A model generated the notes under the pieces. The model had not been told where the DNA came from and did no database searches. It was given only the letters and a program-made list of their open reading frames with translations. Below are positions 11,096-20,500 of a DNA stretch of 64,000 nucleotides, piece by piece (positions within the stretch are counted from its first letter, which is position 1; each line of letters starts with the position of its first letter). The DNA lies in assembly GCA_964433975.1 (NCBI GenBank), contig CAYSSS010000002.1, positions 34,441-98,440 of the forward strand, in the 5' to 3' direction. The translations under genes and the position numbers were made by a program. This DNA is from an uncultured Planctomycetia bacterium. GTDB taxonomy: Bacteria; Omnitrophota; Gorgyraeia; 2-01-FULL-45-10.

Positions 11096-11188
11096 GAGTT
11101 TGCGTATATATTCCCGTTTGGATCTTTAAAAAAGATTTAAGCGGGCTTTTTATTTTATACGATACCATAATCAAAGGAGGAAAATACT

Positions 11189-12058
11189 ATGAAACAGTCG
11201 CAATCGCTTGTTCTTTTTCATCAAAACACGGTCCGCCGCTATTGGGATGAAGGTAAGGAGCTTTGGTATTTTTCCGTCGTGGATGTGGTGCAGATATTGA
11301 CTGATTCTACAATCCCAAGACGATATTGGAGCGATCTTAAAACGAAACTTCAGGCGGAAGGAAGTGAAGTGTACGAAAAAATCGTACAGTTGAAAATGAC
11401 TGCTCCAGATGGAAAACAAAGAGAAACCGACTGTTTATCCACTGAAGATTTGTTTCGTGTCATTCAATCCATCCCTTCACCTAAAGCGGAACCGTTTAAG
11501 CTGTGGTTGGCAAGAGTTGGATACGAGCGCATACAGGAGATAGAAGATCCGGAGCTGGCGACTAAAAGAACGAGGGCTTTATACAAAGCCAAAGGTTATA
11601 GTAATAATTGGATTGAGAAGAGAATGCGGGGTATCGCTATACGAGAAGAATTAACCGATGAATGGCAGAAAAGAGATGTCAAAGGACAGATCGAATATGC
11701 CATTTTGACATCCGAAATTTCCAAAGCCGCTTTTGGCGTAACGCCAAATGAATACAAAAAATTGAAAGGTCTGGCCAGAGAAAACTTGCGTGATCATATG
11801 AATGATTTAGAGCTTATTTTCTCCATGCTCGGCGAAGCTGCAACCACAGAAATAACACGCAATAAGAATGCGCGAGGATTTAAACAGAGTAAAAAAGCGG
11901 CACGCGAAGGTGGCCAAGTAGCAGGCAGGGCGAGAAAAGACCTTGAATCAAAAACCGGTAAGAAAGTCATTTCGCAGGAAAACTACCTCCCAAAACCACC
12001 TGTAAAATTAATTAAAATTGAGAAAAGTGATGAAGGACAGAAAAAAGAAACAAAATAA
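11189..12058 (+). CDS. Bro-N domain / DNA-damage-inducible protein D (DinD)-like protein
   Basis: 290-codon ORF. ATG 11189 sits 8 nt after the SD AAAGGAGG (11173-11180). The N-terminal half (VRRYWDEGKELWYFSVVDVVQILTDS...YWSDLKTKLQAEGSE...LKMTAPDGKQRETDC...SIPSPKAEPFKLWLARVGYERIQE) matches the Bro-N/DinD family pattern as I remember it. The C-terminus is Lys-rich. Confidence 0.85.
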   Translation: MKQSQSLVLFHQNTVRRYWDEGKELWYFSVVDVVQILTDSTIPRRYWSDLKTKLQAEGSEVYEKIVQLKMTAPDGKQRETDCLSTEDLFRVIQSIPSPKAEPFKLWLARVGYERIQEIEDPELATKRTRALYKAKGYSNNWIEKRMRGIAIREELTDEWQKRDVKGQIEYAILTSEISKAAFGVTPNEYKKLKGLARENLRDHMNDLELIFSMLGEAATTEITRNKNARGFKQSKKAAREGGQVAGRARKDLESKTGKKVISQENYLPKPPVKLIKIEKSDEGQKKETK

Positions 12059-12296
12059 TAAACGCTATTTTTATTCAGTCGTGGAGGAGGGAATACAAAA
12101 TCCCGAATACTTTGGCTATAGAGGGGGTCGGATAGAAATAACCGATACTAAGTCTGATTCGTCCTACCCAATAGCGGAGGCAAGATTTCTTATCCCAAAA
12201 GAATTTATAGTTGGCTTCAGGGAAACATTCGATTTTAAAGAAAGTAATTTACCAATAATAATAAATTGGGGAAAAGAATTATACGAAAACAGGTGA
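12018..12296 (+). CDS. Hypothetical small protein (doubtful); a more likely start is ATG 12030
   Basis: 92-codon ORF that overlaps the 3' end of the Bro-N gene. The track start is TTG 12018 and an ATG follows at 12030. No recognisable motif and no clear SD. Kept only because it is the sole + strand ORF in an otherwise unassigned 580-nt gap. Confidence 0.3.
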   Translation: MRKVMKDRKKKQNNKRYFYSVVEEGIQNPEYFGYRGGRIEITDTKSDSSYPIAEARFLIPKEFIVGFRETFDFKESNLPIIINWGKELYENR

Positions 12297-12406
12297 CATG
12301 GAATCGACCAATGTATAACCATCTTCCGACCCCAGCTCGAAAGTACGATCCACCCCCGCGGTAGACGTATCCCATAGATGAATCCCGCTCGTTGTAACCG
12401 ATTCCC

Positions 12407-12418
12407 AGCCCCGGCCTG
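12407..12418 (+). repeat. Right copy of the 12-bp direct repeat AGCCCCGGCCTG
   Basis: Exact copy of 11039-11050, 1,368 bp downstream, in the non-coding spacer before the promoter of the 12636 gene. Confidence 0.55.
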
Positions 12419-12552
12419 AGAATGGTAAAAATTAGCAACAACAATAGGTTAGTTCTTCCATAGCAGGACACTCCATAACTAAAATCACATAACTAATTGT
12501 ATTACAAGTACTTATGTTTTTGTTAAGCAACAAAAAAGGCAATGTATACACA

Positions 12553-12580
12553 TTGACATATACATTATAAGTGGTATACT
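12553..12580 (+). promoter_or_regulatory. Sigma70-type extended -10 promoter for the 12636-30438 operon
   Basis: TTGACA (12553-12558), 16-nt spacer ending in TGg (12572-12574), then TATACT (12575-12580). It is followed by an A/C-rich leader of about 50 nt (aaacactaaacaaaagatagataaacaaaacaaagga) up to GTG 12636. Confidence 0.6.
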
Positions 12581-12635
12581 CATCTGTAAACACTAAACAA
12601 AAGATAGATAAACAAAACAAAGGACATCCCCGATA

Positions 12636-14500
12636 GTGAATGCTTGGCGCAAACAGACAAAAGGATCAGCCACAAGAGAAGAGCTTGGGACGAAGCCGCT
12701 TATCATGGACTTGCAAAGTCCTGGAAATAAAAAGTGGCTTAGGGCCGTAGCTCTTTTTTTAGTTATAGCGTTTGTTAATCAGGATATAATCTGGGCGCAG
12801 GGCGGGGATCCCGTTTGGGCTAAGGGCGCGAACGGGTCTTTTAATTTAAAGCCGAAGGTGAACGGCCATGGCGACGTATCGATTCCCAAGGATATAGCCG
12901 TTACAAAGGACGTCTACAGCGGCGCCAACGGCAAGACGATCATAAATATCCAGGATGCCCACGCGTCGCTTACCGCGCAGGAGTCCATAGTATCCATATT
13001 AGACTCATTAGTAACCAATTATGACCTTAAATTGGTGGCTATAGAGGGCTCTTCAGGCTATATAGACACATCACTCTTAAAGACATTCCCGGACGAATCC
13101 ATCCGTAAAGCATCGGCCAAGTACCTGATGAAGAAGGGCAAGCTCTCTGCAGGCGAGTTCTTTTCCGTAACTTCGGACAAGGAGATCGCCTTATATGGCA
13201 TAGAGTCAAAGAAGCTCTATACCGAAAACGTAGAGCAGTTCAAGAAGATCTACGAGATAAACGGGGCTATATCGAAGGATATAAGAGGCCTTACAGCCGC
13301 GTTCGAGGATCTCAAGGACAAGATATATTCCACAGATCTGAAGCAATTGGAGAGGAACTCTGTCCTACATAAGGACGGCAAGATCGGCTTCTCAGACCGC
13401 TGGGAGTTCGTCTACGCACTGGCCTCAAAATACAACATAAGCTATAAGAAGTACGAAAATCTCGCAAAGCTAGTCGAATCCCTGAAATACGAAAAGAAGA
13501 TAAATTTTAACAAGGCCACAAAAGAGCGTGACGCCCTGATCGATGCCTTAAGCAAGAAGGTCGTGAAGCAGGACCTCGAGCAGATGGTCCTGAAGAGCGT
13601 ATCGTTCAAGATGAATAAGCTGTCGCAGGGCGAATATTACCTCTACCTGCAGGAGCTGGCATCGCGCTACGGCATAGATCCCGTGCCGTACGGGCACCTC
13701 ATAAACTACACCAACTACATAGCTCTGTATGAGTCCATAGACATAATGGCGATCTTTGAGGAGGTCAAGGCCTATGAGGATGAGATAGAGGCGAAATTAT
13801 TCACCAATGAATACCAGAAGAAACTGCATGATTTCTCGGGCTTTGTCGATCTGGTATCGAACCTTTATGAGCTGAAGCTATCCAACGGCGACCTCGAGGC
13901 CTTTGTGGTAGATATGAATAAATTCAACGCTGCCGATATCGCGCAGTTCATCAAGGCCGCCTCGCTGAAGTACGGGGTCACCATAAACGGCGACTACGAC
14001 CTTGGCGCTATCTTCGACAATATTCCGACCGCACTCTCTTTCTACAGGACAGCGGAAGAGAGAAATACAGCTATCCTCGCCAATACCATAAACCGCATGG
14101 ATAGAGAGGGCCAGAACGTGGCTGCGCTCGTTACGGGAGGTTTCCACACCAAAGGCCTCACGGAAATATTGAAGCAGAAAGAGACCTCATACATCGTAAT
14201 ACTGCCTAAGTTCGACGCCTCCAAAGGCGACAGGCCGTACGTGGCGATACTCACCAACAAAAAGGACCCTTACGAGGACCTGATCCGAAGCGGCAAGTGC
14301 CAGATATTGGCGGAAGAGTACCTGGGCGAAGGGATATCGGATCCCATCATGACAGAGGCGTTCATCGTAGATGTCATAATGACGAACCTGGCTGTGGCCG
14401 CCATAGAGAAGAAGAATGTCGACAGCGTGGCGCAATTATGGATCGACAGCTATGCCAGGGCCTATGATAACCTCAAAACAAAAGGCATAATCAAAGAGCC
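12636..14500 (+). other. Shared N-terminal module, copy A (extended signal peptide plus ~560-aa domain; tentatively Tiki/ChaN/TraB-like)
   Basis: IINIQDAHASLTAQESIVSILDSLVTNYDLKLVAIEGSSGYIDTSLLKTFPDE ... ALVTGGFHTKGLTEILKQKETSYIVILPKFDASKGDRPYVAILTNKKDPYEDL. It is colinear with copies at 42426-44340 (very close) and 30566-32150 (more divergent). Confidence 0.75.
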
Positions 14501-17500
14501 GCCTGCCGGCGTTCAAGAGAAGCCCTTTGTGTGGACATATGGATACAGGACAGTCGAAGTACTTAAAGACGGAACTATCGAGAACAGGCCATCTAGCGCG
14601 GGAGAGGTGGAGGAATATAAGAATGCGTACCGCAAAGAGGGCGCCGCCAAAGGCAAAACGGTTTCTTTCGAAGAGAGGCTTGCGAGGTTAGAGACCACCA
14701 CCAAGGAGATGCTCGCAGAATCGATAGCCGGATCTATCAACAAAGCAAAGGCCAAGAAAAATTTTGACGAGGAATTTGAAAGAGTCGCAAACCGAAAGGG
14801 CGCGTACAAGGCCCTTACCGACAAAGAAAAATCCGAGATCAAGAACGATGTCCGCGGCAGGATGGACAGGTACTTGGCGACGAACAGCAATGTGGCCCCA
14901 ACCGATAATCCATTAACACCAAAATACATGGCTGGCGCAGTTAGAGCTATTGTACAAAATCATCTTGGCCCAGTTACGGAGGATATGGCTAGGCTTGGAC
15001 CAGAAGCGCTCCCCGCTCCTGTTATGCCGAGGATTCCAACTGCGAGAGAGGTTAACTATGGGGTCAGCCGTATTCCTTCGGGCGAGCCTATACCTTACGA
15101 AAGAGCGATAGCGAGCATAGCAGAAGTAGTAAGAAGCTCCAGAGAGCCCGTCATAGTAGTCATAGATGGAAAGACTGATAAAAGCGATCTGAGCCAAAAA
15201 GCGGGCAAGACTTATACCGCAAAGAGCATGATGGATGACGAACTATATGGCCCCAAAGAAGAAAAGATTCACATTTTCGGGGATAGTTTTGCGAAGACGT
15301 TTAATAAGGTAGCAGCCGGCAAGAACATAGAACAGGCTATTGAGGTACCTTACCAGAAGATCATAGATGACAAGGATTCAATAAATAAACGCACTTTATA
15401 CGAAGAGTACATAGGCCGTTATTTTGCCCACCACCTCAACGAATTGTTAGTTGAAGGGAGACGCGTCATAGTCTTTGACGAAGCGTCAGCCATCTTTAAT
15501 TTCAGGATGGCAATGCAGTATCATAAAGAGCTTCCTAGCAAGATAAGAGTGGTCAATGTGTATATTGAGGCTGAGAATGGACAGCGCACTGTGCGATCCG
15601 ACCAGGGATTGTGGGGTGGCGATATTAATCCGATCAAAGAAATTTCACCTAAGCCGCCCGCCCTCGAAGAATTAGCGATAAACTTAAGCGAAGTCTTTAT
15701 TTTAAGAGCAGGAGAAGCCGCAAATACTAATATCGAAGGTATTAAATTCGAAGCCGGTATGACGGACCTGCCCGATGCTATCTTCGAAGCTGCTCAAGGA
15801 GAGGGTGCCGATGAGATTGAGATAATATTGAGCAAAGATTTAAAGACTGCAAGGATCAAGTTATTTGCTTCCGGCAAAGAAATTGCAAATCCGCTGCCAT
15901 CATTTAATTCAGACTGTTTCGGTGGATTAGTTGGCAGCTGTTATATGCATGTAAAACCGATGGACCCCGGTGGCTCTTGGGAAAAAGATTTTAGCAAGGA
16001 ATTCATTAGCAGGAAAGGAACGCCGCTTTTAGTGGCACACGAAGTAAAGGAAGGCGAGCACTATCTAAGGATTTCTATACCTAAAAAGCCGGCCGCGCCG
16101 GAAGCGCCAAAGGCGCCGGAGGGCCTCGGCGTCATACCTAGCATGAGAAATTGGTTTAGCGATGGCTTATTCAGAAAATTATTCGACAAAAAATATGACA
16201 CGATGATGACTATTTATGATGTGCTCCTAGGGCCCTTATTCGAAGAAGCGGGATTCAGGGGTATTCCTATAAGCATTGCAGTGCTGATGCAGACCGGCGG
16301 CTTTAATAACGCGTTTATCTTTGCAAGTCTTGCTGTGGCTCTTATAGTCACATTCGCAGCATTTGTGTTGCTGCACCCGAAAGAAGCGAGGGGCCCACCC
16401 GTACTCATAGGAATAATGGCCTCTCTTACTCCCTTCCTATTTTTATCGATGGGCATGCCTCTCTTGTATTCACTGCTTGCCACCTTTGGAATACACATAA
16501 TCATAAACAGTGTTGCACTTATACAAACAGACAGAGATAAATTCAAAACGCGCGCTATGATTGACGAGCTCACGAAGTTAGGAAATAGGTGGGCAGGAGT
16601 AGAAGCTCTAAATACGGAGATAGGGCATGCTTCCAGGAACGAAGGCCGGCGACTATCATTCATTATCATGGATATAGACAATTTCAAAGAGGTAAATGAT
16701 GCCTACGGCCACCAGGTCGGCGATGATGTGTTAACGCAAGTTGCCGATATTGTAAAAAAACGTATTAGGCAAGAAGATACGGTGTTCAGGTATGGCGGTG
16801 AAGAGATCGCGGTAATAGTGCCAGAGTCCGATGTCGATGGAGCAAGCGCCCTTGCATCAGATATTAGGCTTGCTATAGAGAACGGGACGAACCCGATAAA
16901 AGTCACGGTAAGCATAGGGGTTTCACAATATCGCAGAGATCCTAGTAGGGATTCTGTGAGAGCCTATGACATAGAGGATGAAAAGAGGGTCACAGAAAGA
17001 GAGATCAAGGGAGTTATTGAAAGGGCGGATAAGGCGCTTTATTTAGCGAAACACGAGGGAAAAAATACGATTCGCAATGAAAGAGACCGGCCGGGCATAC
17101 CGGCGCCGGGGAAGCTTGCTATGCCGGCAATGGGTTGTCCATCCGATGAGGCAAGTTTTGTCAGTGCAGGATATCTCCCGGTGCTAGGCGGTATAGCGGT
17201 CGCCGCGATAATCGTAGCAAGCGCCGATATCAATACGCTCAATTTTGTGCTGTCGGGCCTTTCCGGATTAGCGGCATTTTACATACTACGCGCGGTAAAA
17301 CTTAAGTTCACGGCATGGTCCGGCGCTATCCTCGCAACCTTATTGGCGGCAATGTTATCGGGAATACTTCCTTTAGGTCCGCCTTCGCGCGTCACGCCCG
17401 AGCAACTTACGCTTCCGGCAGTTACAGCCGCAGCGCCCATTCAACAGGCGATGCCGATTACAACCGCTCCTGTCGCAGCGACGCAGCCAGCGCCTGTTGC

Positions 17501-20500
17501 ACCTGTGCCTGCCGCAGTAGAAAAGGCAGAAAAAAAATTAGTAAAAGCGCCGGACATTATAAAATTGCTGAACGAAGGTTCCAATAAAGAACTGTTGAAT
17601 GCCGATGCCAGGGACGCTACGATACTTGGCTGTGAAGGAATGACCGAAGAAGATGCCGCCAAGATAGAATTTATTATGAGATCTATCACGGCAATCGAGC
17701 TCGGCCTCTATTATCCGCAGACCGGAAATCCGCTACAGACGGACCGCATATGGGTTGAAAAATTCATAAAAGATCTGACCAAAAATGAAAATGGAATAAA
17801 AGATAAAAATACCGCTTTGGTGAATTGGCTCAGGAGCATTGTAAAAATACTCGATAACACCAAGGGCTCAAGGTCGATTAAAGCGGCGGAAAGGATCGAG
17901 GCCCTTGCAAAGAAATTGGAAAAGGACCTTGGGGCAAGGCAAAAATTAGATCTGGAAGAATATTTCCTCCGGACCTCCAGGGACTTGAGAGGCCTGATAA
18001 CGCAGGATTCTTATGCGGCTTACCGCGTAGGGGCATACGCTTTCAGAAGAGGGGAGATCGATCTAGCTACCGTAAAGAAAGGTGATTATGCCGCTATAGC
18101 AAAGGCGTGGAAAGAAAAGTGGAATACATGGCTTGGCCTTGGCCTTGTCAGCAGGGCAGAAATAATAGCGATGATAGCGGATGCTAACGAAGCTGACTTT
18201 AAGATAGGCATGCATATATTTAATATCGCAAGCCCGACATACGAAGAACTGGTAAGGGCAAAGCGCAAATTACGAGAAATATATTATGAAACAAGAAAAA
18301 AAGGTATAGACAAAATGACTCCGGACGAGCTTCAGGGCCTGCTCGCCAAAATTAAAAAGAATGAAGACGGCATAAAAGCAGCTCAAGAAAAGTTTACAGT
18401 TATTTTAAAAAAGCTATCCGGTGTTTTAACGGGCGAATTCTCTAAAAAACTGCTGGCCGAAATAGATGCTGGGTTTTCGGGCGCGTGCCTGGAAGCGAAA
18501 GAATTGGGCGGCTATTCTGCAGATGGCTTCAAGGCAAAAATAGAAGCGAGGATAAAGGCCTCAACCCAGCCGAAGGCTGGAATCAGATTAAATATGTCGG
18601 GGATCATGACAGGACTTACATTCATCCTACTCGCCAAGATGGGTTTAGCGCCTATATCGATCGGGATAGCCGTGATTTTGGTGAGCTTGATCGTTCTGGC
18701 TGTAACAAAAACCGGGATTATTTCAAAAATTCCGCACTTCATCCTTCGTATCTACGCTTTCGCGGATCGCGTAAATGGGAGATATCAAAACTTAAGAACG
18801 GGAAATAAGATTAGCAAAAAGATGCGAGCACACGGCTATGGGCGACCGCCCAAAGTGGAAAAGCCTCTCAGGCCCGGCGAAGAGCCGAAAGTGGTGACGA
18901 CAGGATTTGTTGGATCGCCGCTCTTATACAAAGATCCGTATCGAGAGAGCCTGAAACTAGACCCTTATGATAAAGCCCATTATAAATGGGACCCTGAAAT
19001 CCATCGCTGGTATCGCGACGACCTGACGAATAAGAAGACAGTACTCGGAACATGGGAAGATGTTCAGAGGGCCAAAAAAGAGAACCCAACGGATATGAAA
19101 TACCACGTTGTCATAAGGATGAAGGACCGTTGCTCTGTATATGTTTTTGATGCGCACCATGACTCGCAATACTATCTACAAGAGGCATATGAGAGGAACG
19201 AGATAAAGAGAAGCGGCAACAAAATACTATGGTTGGATGATCATCCGGATATGGCGGATCGAAATGCTTTGGCCGATGCGCGTATAGCCAGAGAAACTAT
19301 CGAAAACGGATGGGCGTCGGGGGACGAAGGCGCTTTTATGTGGGGCCATGCAGGGCCTGTATGGGATAAAAGGGTTCCGGTATCAGGTGCGTGGAAAATA
19401 GATAAAAAGTTGGTCGGTTCATATAAAAGCTTTAATCTCGCCAAATATGACAGTGATCCGGCGTTGAAAAGAATGCTGGAAGAAGACAAATTAGCTTTAA
19501 TAGTAGATACGGATGTGGCTGAAGCAGGGCCTACAATCGCATTCCTGAACAAACTCCATGGCCGTACGTCCACCGTACATATTACCACATCACCTTCAGA
19601 AACCGAGGAGCTTACCAAAGCCGAACAAGATGGAGCATATGGTATGATGGATGGCTTAATCTCTCCAGAAGGCTATGGCACCGTAGAAATCAGCCGGAAG
19701 CTAGCGCAATTTTTCACCGGGTATAACGCGGAAGAGAAAAGACCTCCCAGGCCCGGCGCGGGCGTACTGCCTATAACTAGAAAAATATTTGGCGAGAAAT
19801 TCGGCAAGAGCGGATGGGTGACCTTTGGAATCGCTCCCATCCTGGAAGAACTTATTTTTAGGGTGGCGCCGCTCTTCTTGCCCATGGTGCTGGCAGTTCT
19901 ATTTGTGCCGGGCATAAATATTTTAGATCTCACTTATTTTAGCCCCACCTCACTAATGGCTTTTTCAACAAGTCTTGGGGCCTCTGGCTTCATCTTTACC
20001 CGGCTGCACGGTGATACTAAAAGAGAAGCTATGATTCCGGCCATAATAAGCGTTCTTGCAGGGGCCGCAGGCATAGGCGCGGCATTCTTCATCCTGCCGC
20101 ACTTTACCCTGCTATATGGAAACATTGGTTTGCTGTACGGCGGTTTGATCGCCTGGGGAATATTCAGCCTTAAGCATATCATAGCCAATGTGATTACGGT
20201 CATATTCAAGCTCCCCTATCTTATAGCGAACCTTTTCAGGAAACCCAACGCAGGCGGAAAGTCCGAGATATCCCCGCAACAAGAAGTCGTAGATGTCAAA
20301 ATACACAGGAATAGGGCGCGCGCCGTGGCAATAAGAGTGCTGAATGTCATGTATCCGGGCAAGGATAAAAGAGAACGGGCCGCACTGGAAAAAGAACACG
20401 CCGCCTTTGTAAGAAATTTTGACGACAGAAGAATGATCCCCGGATTCGAGAGAGAGCAAAGGGACCGCCTTCTGAAGATAATAGGCATGGCAGACTCTGT

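Noticed and set aside
12060-12420. Possible tmRNA or tRNA-like gene on the minus strand. The reverse complement of ~12413 reads GGGGCTGGGAATCGG..., reminiscent of the tmRNA 5' end, and TGGAGGAGGGAATACAAAATCCC at ~12081 looks like a reversed acceptor/T-arm.
   Set aside because: The putative 3' end (…TTCCCTCCTCCA) is not complementary to GGGGCTG, so no acceptor stem can form. The T-loop is not the canonical 7-nt TTCRANY. I could not find a tag-peptide reading frame or a pseudoknot pattern. The spacer at 12297-12552 remains unassigned.
15100-15560. Possible P-loop kinase/NTPase in the 12636 protein (VIVVIDGKTDKSDLSQK as Walker A, RVIVFDEASAIF as Walker B).
   Set aside because: The Walker A candidate lacks the GxxxxGK[ST] spacing, and only the Walker B-like hhhhDE is convincing. 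This is not enough for a call.
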